From positions 434,001 to 498,000 of the forward strand of contig JAVKOQ020000002.1 of the NCBI GenBank assembly GCA_031835245.2: a DNA stretch of 64,000 nucleotides, in the 5' to 3' direction. Position 1 is the first letter of the stretch. Each line of letters opens with the position of its first letter. The position numbers were made by a program, and so were the translations under genes. Below are positions 12,796 through 25,300 of the stretch, piece after piece. The notes beneath the pieces were generated by a model, which was not told the origin of the DNA, made no database searches, and saw only the letters and a program-made list of their open reading frames with translations. This stretch comes from Balamuthia mandrillaris. Lineage: Eukaryota.

Positions 12796-15203
12796 CTACA
12801 TGGCCAGCAATAACTCTTTCGTCTCAACATAACGGGTCAACCTCTTGAGCGCATAGCCAAAGTAATCAAAGTCAATCTCGCAGAGCTTTGCCTGTGCCAA
12901 GCCCCAGCACCCCCAAAACAGATTGCTGGCCAACGTGAACTTGTTGACCTTCAAGTAAAGTTCCTCCACCTCTTCTTGCGTGGGATGGTCATCCGCTGCG
13001 TTGTTGTTGAACCGTTTTGCAGAAGATTGTGCATTCAACCACCCGTTTTGAAGAGGAGGAAGAGAAGAATTTGTTGTGGAGTTAGTTATTTCCTTGTTGT
13101 GGAGTTGTTCTTCTTCGTGAATGGAAGGATTGATGTCGGTTGGTTCGACACCTACTTGAGGTCCATCGTGTTGTTCGCCCTCTTGTTTCTCTTTCTTGCC
13201 AAGTAGTTGTTGCTGTTGTTGGTCTTCGGATTCATCTGGCACTACTTGTCGCTGCGAGTTCATTGCTGACAACAACTCCGCCTGCAGCTCGCTCTCCAAT
13301 TCTCTCTCTATCTCCGCCTCAATCTCTGTCATCACTGTGCGGGTCTCCCTTCTCTTGATTTGTTGCTGTTGTTCACTTTCCCTTTGCTGTGAAAGCCTAA
13401 TGTCTTGTTGTTGCTTCTTCTTCTCCCTCTTCTCGTGGAGAAGGCGGTCTCGCTCTCCAGAGATATTGCCAAAGACTTGGAGGTACTTGTGAAGGAACTG
13501 GAGCTGCCGGGGCTTGTCTGGATACTGCTCCCAACGCAGCTGGTAACCAGTGTGCTCGCAAAAGTGATTGGCCAGATCAAACTCCCGGTAGTTGTAGCAG
13601 GCGTACTCGTTGTCTATCAACAAGATGCTGTTTGTGTCTTCGTTGAAGATTATGTTTCCTGTTTGTTTTTGGTTGTTGATGTTAAACAGAGAGAAATATG
13701 GAAATAAAATAAAATAGAAAGAAAGAAGAATGCAGAATGCAGAAGCAGAACAGAAAGCAGAACGAAGAAAGAGCATCTACCAGGATTAACGTCGTTGTGG
13801 CAAAATGTAATGAGGGGCGAGAGGCGGAGGAGCTCCTGCTCCAGGAAGGTGATTTCCTCCTCTAGGTTTAGGCCTAGTTTGAGGTAGCTCCGCACTTGTT
13901 CTTTGTCTTTGACATGATCGAAGCTGTTCGGCACTGTGTAAAGAACGAATAAGCATATCTCAATGATATCAAAATGACCACAATAAACAGGAACCGAACA
14001 AAACGAAAAAGCAGAGAGAGAGAGAGAGAGGGGACAGAGATAGAGAGGAGGCAAAAGGAAAGGAAAAAAAACGTACGAAGGGCCACCCATTTTTTCATGG
14101 AAGCAAAGAGAGAGGGAGTTTTAGACAATTGTGGAATGGAGACGGCAGCATGCATTGTGGCCATGTAGGCAGCAATTGCATCTCGCATCATAGGATCAAA
14201 TAGATCTATTACGACGGACAGTCAGACAAAGGAAACAAACTAGAAAACAAAAATAGAGAGAGAGAACGTACCAATCACTGTCAACGAGCGACCATCAACG
14301 AACCCGTAAACACAGCCATTTTCAAAAGCACCATAGAAACGAGGACCCATTTTGTAGCTATGCAGCGCTTGGAATATCTGAACCGCGAGGAAACGAACAC
14401 AACCATACAAAGCATAGAGAAAGAAAGAGTAATGAATAATAGAATAGGATAATAGAGAAGGAGAAGAGAGAAGAGAGGATACGAGAGAAGCTAAAAACAA
14501 GAGAGACGAAAGCATAGAGGAACGAAAAGAGAAAACATCATCAGTTCATACCACAACTTCGCTTTCCCTGTCGAACATTTCAGAGGCGGTGCCGGCCTCG
14601 ATACGCAGCAGCACCTTCTGCACCTTTTTACCAATATTAACTTTCACTCTGAAGACTTTTTTTTAAAGTGTATCGTCCATTAGCAAACACGAACACGAGA
14701 GACAAAGAACAGAAGAACAAGAATAGCTTACGAATATTAGTAAGTCCTCCTTCCATTCTTTTTAGGTCTATCTGACAATCCGAGACATTTCGCCAGTGAG
14801 GCACCAACGTTTTGAGAATCTCTCTTTTTGTTTTGTCGCAACCAAAGAAGAGTAAGTGAGAAGAACACAAAAAGAAAAAAGTAGAAGAGGGCAGCAATCA
14901 AAACAAAAAAAAACTAACCTCAATTGTTTGTGGATGGTTTCCTGGTCTTTGGTTATGTCCACAAAGATTCCAAGTTTATGGTAGGGAGCAGCAGGTCCCA
15001 GCAGGTTGTGTGAACGTTCTTTTGACGAAGGGTTGTGTTTTTTAAACAAACAGAAAAAGGCAGAAACGGAGAAGAGTTTGTTGGAAAAAAATATCATCGT
15101 CCGTACCATCTAACGTTTCGTAGAGCAATTTCGTTCGTTTGGGCTTGGTGAGCCCAGAGGCTTTGAACTGCTCAGGTTGAAAGCCTTCCAAGGAGTGGTA
15201 CAT
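12796..15203 (-). CDS. Choline/ethanolamine kinase, multi-exon, with a long Q/E-rich insertion
   Basis: MEGGLTN; MGPRFYGAFENGCVYGFVDGRSL; Brenner-like FCHNDVNPGN; LIDNEYACYNYREFDLANHFCE; LASNLFWGCWGLAQ...IDFDYFGYA. First exon MYHSLEGF at 15203. Confidence 0.9.
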
Positions 15204-15999
15204 TTCTCTCTTCTCCGTAAAACCGTTAGACTCTCTCTGCCTCTGGTCTTGCTGATAGTCTCTCCACTACGTTTTTTTTTCAGTTTTCAAAATAAATCGC
15301 GGCGATTTTCCTCTTTTCTTGTTTTCCTTTTCAGGGTGTCGATCTAGATCAGAATTCAAAAAATGCGAGGTATGCAATGAGTGATCGAAAGGGATCGATC
15401 TAATATTATCTGCTCGAGGGTTTGTTAGATCGGAGTTTTTTTGATTGGATGGCTAAAATGAAAGGGGAAAGTAATGAATGAATTACCTTTGGCCCCGATG
15501 ATGGATTTTACGGAACAACCTCAAATCGCGATGCGTGTGTGTGGCTGAAAGGGCAGGCGAGAAATTACGAAGTTACAGTTAAGGTCTTTTTTTTTTTGGC
15601 GCGCTGGAGTGATTGCTAGTTATTTTATTTTTTTGTTGTGTTTTATTTCATTTTTTTTTATTGTTTTTCTGACACACAAAAAGAAAGGTGAACGAAGAGA
15701 GAGCCGAAACTTTCAACTTCGCTGCACTGTGGTCACTTTCAGTTAAACAAAGGTATGTTCTTTCTGCCACGTTTTGTGTGTTGACTGCCACAGTGCAAAG
15801 ATTTTTTTCAGCGATGATGTGAATTTTTTGTGTAGTCATCTGTCTGTCTTTTCATCTATTCCTTTCATTTTTTGCGCTTCCCTCTCTTGTTTTTTTGCTC
15901 TGCTTCTGATCCACTTTTTATTTCTCTCTCTGTGGTCACTTAAAAAAAAAACAAAAGAACCCAACACAAAATCTTTGTGCATCATCATCAAACAACAAA

Positions 16000-17899
16000 A
16001 TGTCTACGGGTTTCACTGGAAATGAGTCCGTCAACACTCGCGAGAGGAAAGTGAAGCAAAAGGAGATCGAGAGGCTTCACGAAAAGACCTTCAAGGCCTG
16101 GATGAATGCTCAGCTCAGACAACGCAGCCTCAAAATCCAGGGCGACCTCCAGGAAGAACTCGCTGATGGCTTGATGCTCATCAACTTGATGGAGATCCTG
16201 TCGGGAGAGAAGTGTACCTCCAAGTACCACGCTAAGCCCACTAAGGAAATCCAGAAGAGCGAGAACTTGGCCATTGCCATCGAGTTCATCCAAAAGTTTG
16301 TCAAAGTGTCCATTTCTTCTCAAGGTTCTTTTTTCCCTCTTTCTTTCCTTTGCTCCCTATTTCTGTGTTCTCATTATTGCTGTCCGTGTTTATAAAGATT
16401 TCGTCACTGGGAACATGAAGTTGGTTTTGGGAACCATCTGGCGTCTCATTCTTCACTTCCAGGTAGATCATGGCGAGAAGGACGGTGACTCTGCTAAACT
16501 CAGCGCTGCTCAACGTAACTCCCTTCCTCCCCTTCTCTCGCTTTTTTTTAACTTATATTTTGCGGCTGAACAAACAGAGTCCCGTTTGGCCAAGCAAAAA
16601 TTGTTGCAATGGTGCCAAGACAAGACCAAGGACCACAAGGGAGTGAACATCCAAGACTTCCAGGCCAGCTGGTATGATGGTCTGGGCTTCTGCGCCCTCA
16701 TGCATGCCTTTGATCCTGACTGCATTGATTTCGATTCTCTCTCACCGGTACCCTTCAATACAAGCTAGCACTCTGAGATAAAGAAATGTACTTACCATTT
16801 ATGTTTCGTTGCTACAGGACAATCCTAAAGAGAACCTCGAGTTGGCTTTCAGGCTGGCCGAAGAAAAGCTCGACATCCCCCGTTTGTTGGATCCCGAAGA
16901 TATCCTCGCAGAGGATGCCCTCAGCCGCCCCGACGAGCAATGCTTCATGACATACCTCTCCCAGTTCCCTATTGCCTTCCTCTCCCAAGGCGAGAAGAAG
17001 CACGACGCTGAAGCTGAGAAGCGCAAGCTCGAGGAAGAGGAGTCCAAGAGGAGAGCCCTCGAAGAGGCCGAGCGCGCCGCTGAGGCCAGAAAACGCGCTG
17101 AGGAGGAGGCTGAACTCGCCAGAAAGAAGGCCGAGGAGGCTGAACGTGCCCGACTCGAGGCTGAAGAAGCCAGGAAGAGGGCCGAACAGGAGAGAGAGGA
17201 GGAGAGGCTCGCCGCTCAGAAGAAGTTGGAGGAGGCACAAAGGGATGCCAAGCTCGCCGCTGAGAAGGAGGCCAGGAAGAAGGAGAAGCTGGAGCGTCAG
17301 AGAAAAGCTGAGGAGGACGCCAAGAGAGCCCTTGAGGATGAGGCCATGAGGAAGCAGATGGAGAAGGACGAGAGGGATAAGATGGAGAAGTACGAGGCTG
17401 AGAGGAGAGCTTTGGAGGAAGAGACTCGTCGTCTCAAGGAAGAACTTCGCAGAATCAAAGGCGTATGTAATTCTCCTTTTTCCTTTTTCTTTTCAGTTCT
17501 TAACTTGTTTATTTTTTATCCAAACAGAAACTGATTGGCAAATTGGCCGTTACGGTGGAGCAAGCTCGCGGCCTGAAGGGCGGCAAGAACGATGCCTACT
17601 GCGTGCTCTTCCTGGAGCGCCAAAAGGAGAAGACCAAGACAGTGAAGAAGAGCGCCAACCCCAAGTGGGATGCTCCCTTCGAGTTCTACGTCAGCGAGCC
17701 CGGAGCGCAGCTGGAGGTCAACGTCTTTGACTGGAACTTTATCTTCTCCGACTCGTTCCTCGGCAAGATTGTTATCCCTGTGGAGGATCTCAACGACGGC
17801 GAGACCACGGAGGAGTGGTACAAGTTGGAGCCCAAGAAGAAGAAGGATAAGGTCTCTGGCGAGTTGAAGTTGAGCATTACCTACCACTTGGAGAAGTGA
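16000..17899 (+). CDS. Actin-binding protein: tandem calponin-homology domains + E/K/R-rich helix + C-terminal C2 domain
   Basis: EKTFKAWMNAQL...LADGLMLINLMEILSG (CH1); GNMKLVLGTIWRLILHFQ; KQKLLQWCQ...IQDFQASWYDGLGFCAL; AFRLAEEKLDIPRLLDPED...PDEQCFMTYLSQF (CH2); long EEEAERARLEAEE run; LAVTVEQARGL...DAYC...NPKWD...VFDWN...DSFLG (C2). Confidence 0.9.
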
Positions 17900-18028
17900 A
17901 AACCTGTTCTATTTTTTTGTTTGTTCATTCATCGCTTTTGTGCATTCTTTCTTTTTTGTGTAAACAAGCCTTCCACTATTTGCCAATTCCCTCTCCTCTT
18001 TGGTTTCCTCTTTCTCCTCCTTCCGGTT

Positions 18029-19662
18029 TTACTTTGCAGTTTCCAACATGCCAGCTATTTGCAGGGACAAAGCCTTGGATGCCGCCATCAAGCTTTGCTT
18101 GAGGGCGTGAGTGGCTCTCCCCGTGCCGCCATCATCGCAGGGCGCACCTCCCACCTCTTTGAGGTAGGCCGCCACTTCAGCCGCCAGCCTCTGCACTCCC
18201 GCCACTGCCGAGCAGAGCATTCCCGACTTGGTGGAGTCTTCCAACACGACTTTTACCGCCTCCATCAGCTCTTTTGTCTTTTGTCTCAGTGCTGTTTGTT
18301 TTGTTTGGTCGGTCGGTCGACTTCGCAAAAGAAAAGACAAGAAGAAATGGAAGAAAGAATGAACCTCCACGAAGCGCTGCCAAGACAGCATCATCCTCTG
18401 CTTTGTCCAGCGTCAAGATGGCAACCTCCTCGAGCACCCCCTTGGCATGCTTCACTGCCGCTTTGGCCTGCCTTTCCCTTACCGCTGTTTCCAATTCGGC
18501 CAAGTGCCGCAGTAGGTCGGCATAGGAGAATGAGGCGTTGGAACCCACTGCCAGGGCTTTGCCTTGAAGGAAGGCCAGAAGCTCTTTCATCACTCTAACC
18601 ACATCTGAGATGAGTGCCGCTTGCCGTTGTGCTGTAATGTAAGTTGGCTTTAGAAACTAAACTTCAAAGCAAGGAGAGGAACAGTTCTTCATCAGTAGAA
18701 AACAAAACATGTCGAAAAGTGAAGAGCATAAGACAGAGGGAGGTGCGAACTTGATGCAGGGTCGCTTCCCTCAGGTCGAAAGTTCAATGCTCTACTCACT
18801 GTGATGAGCTCGTTGGTAGACCCTTCGATTACCGCCTTTGCGTCGAGCAGCTTTTGGCGGAGATCTTCTTGCACTGTTACCGCGATACGATTGTCCAATA
18901 GTTGGGAAACATACTTCAGAGACTCCCTAAGGTTTTGGGCTCTTTGTTCAAAGAAGGATCGTGGCGTTCTTGGAGAATGGACCCTATGGTGCAACGAAAG
19001 ATAACGGGTCAATTGAGTTGACAGAACAAGGGAAAAAAACGCCTTAAACCGTGGTGAAAGCAGGGTTTGTCCTCGTTCTTCATCGACATTACTACCAGGT
19101 TGCCCTCGCAGCCTTTGCAAGGCTTGCAGCGCTTGTTTAACAGTCTCTATACCCCTCTTTATCTGATTTTCCTCCATGAGAACAGCTATATCAACCATGT
19201 TTGCGAGGAAGAGCTGCATGTTTTGGATGATGCTTTTCTTTAGACTCTCTTCAATATTTGCACCTCCTGTTTATCGCAACAGTCCGTTACTCGAACAGAA
19301 GAGAGAAGCAGGAACTGGGAGTTACCATTTTGACATTGAGGTTTCGCTGCTTCGAAGTCGGTTTGCAGTTTTGCCAACGTATTGCTTATGGCGTTTGCCA
19401 GCTCAGCGGCAGCATCTCGTTCAGCTTCGTCCAAAGTAAGCTCCATAAATCGATGCGTAAGACGAACGATGGTCTTCATGTCTTCCTCCAACTCGGACAC
19501 CGAACCGTCCGCCAGTTTGTCAAAGATAAAGACCGAGTGTTTTACAAGTCCTTGAACTGCAATGGCCATGAGGTAGGCTTCTGCTTGAGTTTTCAGCGAG
19601 AACACCCCAGTGAAGTTCACTTTGGAGCGTGGCGTAAGTGCTTCTCCCATAGGATCCTGCAT
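18029..19662 (-). CDS. Vinculin/alpha-catenin head-like helical bundle protein, multi-exon
   Basis: All-helical protein; the segment DIAVLMEENQIKRGIETVKQAL...NLRESLKYVSQLLDNRIAVTVQEDLRQKLLDAKAVIEGSTNELITVSR follows the pattern of vinculin D1 as recalled from memory (no alignment run). Confidence 0.55.
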
Positions 19663-19826
19663 TGTTTATCTCTCCTATTGCCTTCTGTTTCTTGTTTTCG
19701 GGAACCACCTCGCACATAATAATATCGTTAACGAGGCGAACAGGCATCTTCACGTTTTCCTTTTTTTGGGAAAATGCGACACTGGGTTCGATCCCCACCG
19801 GGGGCGTGTTTTTTTTTCGCTTTGGT

Positions 19827-19834
19827 TGACGTCA
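19827..19834. promoter_or_regulatory. CRE-like palindrome TGACGTCA in a 250-bp divergent promoter
   Basis: Perfect TGACGTCA between the vinculin-like gene (start 19662, -) and the glutaredoxin (start 19913, +). Function is not demonstrated. Confidence 0.35.
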
Positions 19835-19912
19835 TCCGGTGTTTGTATCAACGCTAAAATGGAAATCATTACGTGTTTGTCGCCAACAAAGCCGAACAGA
19901 AAGCTAAACAAC

Positions 19913-20434
19913 ATGAGAAGGGGTGTGCAGGCTGTGCAGGGTTGCAGGAGCAGGGCTCTCCCTCTCGCTCGCCCTCTCTCCTCTTCCTTGCGGACATTCG
20001 GTGTCCCTCATGCCTTTCGAACTCAAGCAACCACAGCCTCTTCTTTATCCTTTGGTTACTCCAGCACCTTTGCAAGCAGGGCTCTCTCGTCTTCCTCCTC
20101 CTTCTCTGCTTCGTCTGAGAGGACAGAAGACAAAAGCGTCAAACGAATCGAAGTCTATGCGGCTTCTTGGTGCCCTTACTGCAATCGAGCCAAGCAGCTG
20201 CTGGACAGCAAGGGCGTGCCCTACCACGAGATCGACGTGGACCAAGTGAAGGGTGCCAAGGAGGAGATGACGAAGAGGACTGGGGGCAAACGAACCGTCC
20301 CTCAGGTCTTTGCTGATGGGCAGTACGTTGGGGACTGCAGTGGCTTGTTGGCACTTGATGCAGAAGGCCGTTTGGATGGACTTCTCTTCTCCTCCTCCTC
20401 TTCGTCAGCCAAGAAAGAGAGCGGTGCGTCTTGA
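19913..20434 (+). CDS. Dithiol glutaredoxin (Grx3/GrxC type) with probable mitochondrial transit peptide, single exon
   Basis: WCPYCNRAKQLL, TVPQVF and GDC motifs; N-terminal ~70 aa is R/S/A/L-rich and acid-free. Confidence 0.9.
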   Translation: MRRGVQAVQGCRSRALPLARPLSSSLRTFGVPHAFRTQATTASSLSFGYSSTFASRALSSSSSFSASSERTEDKSVKRIEVYAASWCPYCNRAKQLLDSKGVPYHEIDVDQVKGAKEEMTKRTGGKRTVPQVFADGQYVGDCSGLLALDAEGRLDGLLFSSSSSSAKKESGAS

Positions 20435-20669
20435 TTTTTTCCCAATACTTTCCTCGATTTTTGCGAAATTGCTCCTTATAAAGACATATATTTAGAATAT
20501 ATTCGTTATACACGGATTTATTTATTTTATGGAGAAAATATTAATTTACGAAAATATTTTTCTATATTTTAGCGTTTATCCAAATAATTTTACCTTATAA
20601 GGATTCGCTTATCGATTGTGATGAACAGAAAAAAGGACAAACAAAAAAACCGCCAAAGAAGAACAAGTG

Positions 20670-22175
20670 ATGTCGAAGCAGCAAAAAGCCATAACCTCCT
20701 TCTTCACACAGAAAAGCGGGCCCACCATCAACAAACGCAAGGGCGCCCCATCTCCAGATGATGCCGAAGGCACAGGAGAAGAATCCAGTCAAAACAAAAA
20801 GTCACGAACCTCTTCTTCTTCTGCCTCGTCATCCTCCAAACCTTTCACACTTGGGTCAGCATCATCATCTGCCAAACCTTTGCCAGCAGAAGTGGAACAA
20901 CTGCGACAACATCTAAGAGAGCCTTCTTGGCGAGAAGAACTGGATGCTGAGTTTAGAGTATGTTTTTTATCTTTTCTTTGCACCTGTTTTTTTTCTCACT
21001 TATAGTTTCTTCAAAAGAAACCTTACTTCGCAAAGCTGGCAAAGTTCCTGCAGAGCGAAAAGCGAAGTGGGAAGACCATATTCCCTCCTGAACACCTCAT
21101 CTTTCACTCGCTCGATACCTGTCCTTTTGACGCTCTGAAAGTAGTTATCCTTGGCCAAGGTTATTTCGTTTGTTCTCCAGCTACACTCTTCTTTTTCTCA
21201 TCTTCTCTCTTTTGCTCTTCTCCTGTTCTTCCAATGGACTGTTCCTTTTTCGCTCTCTCATCATTTGTTTTTTTGTGGGTTGTTCTGCTTGTGTTTTTCT
21301 TTTGTTTCCTTTCTTCTTTGTTTTGTTTTGGAGTAGATCCCTATCACGACAACGGACAAGCGATGGGCATGTCGTTCTCGGTGCCGTTCGGCGTGACGCC
21401 GCCGCCTTCGCTTCGCAACATGTTCAAAGAGCTGGTCCAAGACCCAGCAGTGCCCGACTTCAAAGAGAATCCCAAACACGGTAACCTGGACAAATGGGCC
21501 AGACAGGGCGTCCTCTTGCTCAACGTCGTTCTCACGGTGGAGGCTCACAAAGCAAATGCGCACAAGGGTAAAGGCTGGGAGCAGTTCACTGGTTTGTTTC
21601 TTCGTCATACTTTTTCTTTCTTTCCTCCTTCTTCTCTTTATTTTTCTCCATCTCCTGACGAACAACACAACCACAAAATGGACCTGGGATAACAATTATT
21701 AGATGCAATCATTCGCTTGATAAACGCCCACAAGCAAGGAGTTGTGTTCCTGTTATGGGGCAAACCAGCTCAAACCAAGATGTCTCTCATCAACACCGCC
21801 AAGCATCACGTCCTCACGACGGTGCATCCCAGCCCCCTCTCCGCCAACAAGGGCTTTTTTGGCTGCAGGCACTTTTCGCGATGCAACGAGCTGTTGAGAG
21901 AGCAAGGGCAGGATCCGATCGACTGGACTCTTGATCCCGAAGAGGTGGAGAAGGAGAATCAACGAAAATGGGAGGACGAGAAAGAAAAGAGGTCCGCAGA
22001 ACAACAACAAAAGGAAGGAGAAGAAAAGAATGAAGAAGAAGACGAGAAAGAAGGTAAGAAAGGGAAAGACAAGGAAGAAGAAGAAGAAGAAGAAGAAGAA
22101 GAAGAAGAAGCAGAAAAGGAAGTGAATGCTAAAGGAAAGGAGAAAGAAGAGGAAGCAGAAAATGGCAAAGAATAG
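20670..22175 (+). CDS. UNG: Uracil-DNA glycosylase family 1, multi-exon
   Basis: N-terminal PIP box [25 protein letters not shown]...[30 protein letters not shown]; acidic tail. Confidence 0.96.
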
Positions 22176-22376
22176 CGTGCTTGCCTTGCTACGCTTTTAA
22201 CGGCAAATTTTTTTTGGCGGGAAATTTTTTGTCGACACCACAGCACAGCCCACCCTCTATATTAGGTGTGCAACATACCACGTGTTTGCATACCCGCAGA
22301 CCAACATAATAGCTACTTCATATTCCGTCGTAGGTTCCTAAAACAAAAAAAGAGAAAAAGCGTAGCGGAGCGGGAG

Positions 22377-25300
22377 ATGAAGAGAGAGGGAGAAGACAAA
22401 GACGACGCAAGCGAACAAGGGCTGGCCTTTGTGGAGGGTATGAAGAGGCACCTCGCTCACACCACCACCACCAACACCGCCGCCAGCGACCTCTTCCTTG
22501 AGACGAGCTCTTCTCCCAAAGAGGAAGCGGTCAGCCCTACGCGTTCCCCTGCGCTGCAGCCCTCCACCTCGCCGACCTCCTCCTCCCACTTGAGGGACTT
22601 TGCGTTGAGCCAAAAGGATGAACGACTGCGCCGCAAAGAGAACGAGCTTCGGCGAATGGAACGGTCCCTCGCCCAAAGAGAACGTGAGCTTCAAGCTTTG
22701 AAGGTTTTTTTATTTTTTATTTTTATTATCTTTCATCTTTCTTGTTTTGAGTTTTCTCTCTTCTTGTTCTTGTTGTTCTTGTTCTTGTTCTTCTTACTGA
22801 CTGGCTTTTGCTGCAGCAACAACAACAGCAAATGCCACATGTGGAGATCACGTCTTCCTCTTCTTCCTCTTCTATTGCGTTGACGCCACCCTCCGGCCCT
22901 TCTGCCGACAAGTCGAGGCGCACTCAACTGTTTCCTTCAGCTTCGCCTTCTTCCTCTAGTTCTCCTTCTTCGTTCAACGCAACATTGGAAAATGTTTTGT
23001 CGTCGCGTTCCTTTAGAACCACCGCTACCAATAACCACAACAACAATGCAAGAGGACCCTCTCCACGAAAGAAGAAACCGGATCTTCCTCCACTTCCGCC
23101 TCCCCCTAGACTTCCTTCTCCACTCTCTACGCAACGAGGTAGATTCTTTTCGTTTGTGTCTCATTCTTTTTCTTGTTCCTCTTCGTTCTTGTTCTTGTCC
23201 TCCTTCCTCTTTCCTCTTTCCTCTTTCTTTTTCTAACTTTATCATTTGTTCTCATTGCTATTGCTTTCCATTAGATCCAAATCTCACGAAGACAATGATA
23301 TTGTCATTGGGATACGGCGAAGACGGTGTGTTGGGAATTGCACCTTCTTCTCGTTTTCCTTCTTCCTCTTTGTTGTCTTCACACCAGCCACATCATCACC
23401 GTCATCAGCATCTACATCGGCAATCATCATCGACATCAACAAAGTCGCCTTACGTTCTTACCAGCCCTCGTTCTTTGCAAGCTTCTTTTGGGAAGGAGGA
23501 CCGTATCAGCTTTGTTGCTGCTGGATTGTACGTCTCAGCTGCTGTTACAGGTAAGTGTAATGCTCCTTTCTTGTCAATTCTTACTTTCTGAAACAAAAAA
23601 CATACAGAAGACGGGAAGTTGTTCACATGGGGAAAGAAAGTGGTGGAAGGCGTCAATCTTCTTGGTCATGGCGAATCCTCTGAATATCACGTAACAAACG
23701 GTGATGAGAGAGAAGAGAAAGAAGAGAACGAAGATATACAATGGGAACCTCTTCCTGTATCCTCTCTCAATCGGGTTTATGTACTGAAGGTAGCTGTTGG
23801 CACCTACCACATGTGTTGTCTAACCGCCGACCAGCAAGTCTTTTCCGTATGTTCTCTCCTTTTTATTTTTCGTTCTTTCTTAGCTCAGCCTTTATTTTTG
23901 AGTCCCAAATTCTAAATTGTTTGCTTGTTTGTTTTATTGTGTTGTTGTTTGCTTATTTGTAGTGGGGTTGCAACAAACACGGCCAATGCGGACTTGGAGA
24001 GATGACAGACAAAGTAGAACTGCCGGTCTGTTTGTCAACAACACAAGAGTTGCTCAAAGTCACTGACATCGCTTGTGGAGAGCACCACACTTGCTGCATT
24101 ACCTCAGAGGGCGATCTGTTTGTTTTTGGTAGTTCCGATTTTGGCCAGGTATTTCCATTTCTCATTCAAAAGATAGACAGAGAAAGGGCTGAAACTCTGC
24201 TTCTGCTATCCTTTTGTTGTTGTTTGTTTTGTTTTGTGTTCGAATTGTTCATTTTCTGTATTGATTGACACGTTTAAAACTGTGAATAGCTGGGGCTTGG
24301 CGACACGAATAAACAGTTTTATCCAAAGCGAATACTTGACATCCCTAAAGCTACCAGCGTTGCATGCGGTGCCAATCACACTGCTTTTATTACTGGTTCT
24401 CTCTTCAGCCTTTCATCTCTTCTTTCTTATGTGGGCTTTTTAACTTCTCATCTATCTTTTTTTTTGTGTCACAGATAAAAGTGAAGTGTACACAATGGGA
24501 GATTCGTTATCATTAGGATTACCTACTGCACAACCTCAACTGGTGCCCAGTGTCGTCAAGTTTCTTCGAGGCAAATCTATTTCGCAAATAAGTTGCAGTC
24601 GGTGGATGACTGCTGCATTAACAGGTCACACCTTTTCCTTCTTCCGTGTTTTTTTCTAGTCTTTATTGCTTCTTTTGCTCACTATCGATCTTCAAATTAC
24701 AGAAACGGGAGATGTTTATACTTGTACGCCTTAAACTTTTTCTTCTTTCTATTAGTTTCTTTATGATATAGTTTTTTCAACGTCTTAATGATGCTTTCAT
24801 ATGAAGGGGGCTACCGTTTCTTCAAAGACCACCTCCAATTCAGCTCTCTGGACGCACTCGCTAAAGCACAAGCCATCTCCAACGCCTCCTCTCCTCGCAG
24901 TCCACAACCTCTCTCCCCCTCTCCTTCCTCTAACGGCACAACGCTATCCCGCACTCAATCTGCCATTCATCTTCCTTCCACTCCCAAATCCAAAGAAAAA
25001 CATGTTGGAGATAAAGAACAGTCTTCTTCTGCTGCAGGAAATAACACCTCTCCTTCCTTTCTTTCCTCTCTCTTTGCTCGTAAAGCGACAGCATCACCTG
25101 CCTCTCCTTCTCCTTCTCCTCCTTCTTCTCTTTCTTCTTCAGGAAGTTTCAGCACCAGTAGATCTTCCTCTCCTTCTTCCTCTTCTTCTTCCTTACGTGC
25201 AAGTTTAGATGCCGAGGTTTTGTTGAGGCGGAGCAGCTCCAATGGTAACGAAGTGATACCACGCTTGTTGAATGTGGATAATTTGGCTGGTCGTAGCATT

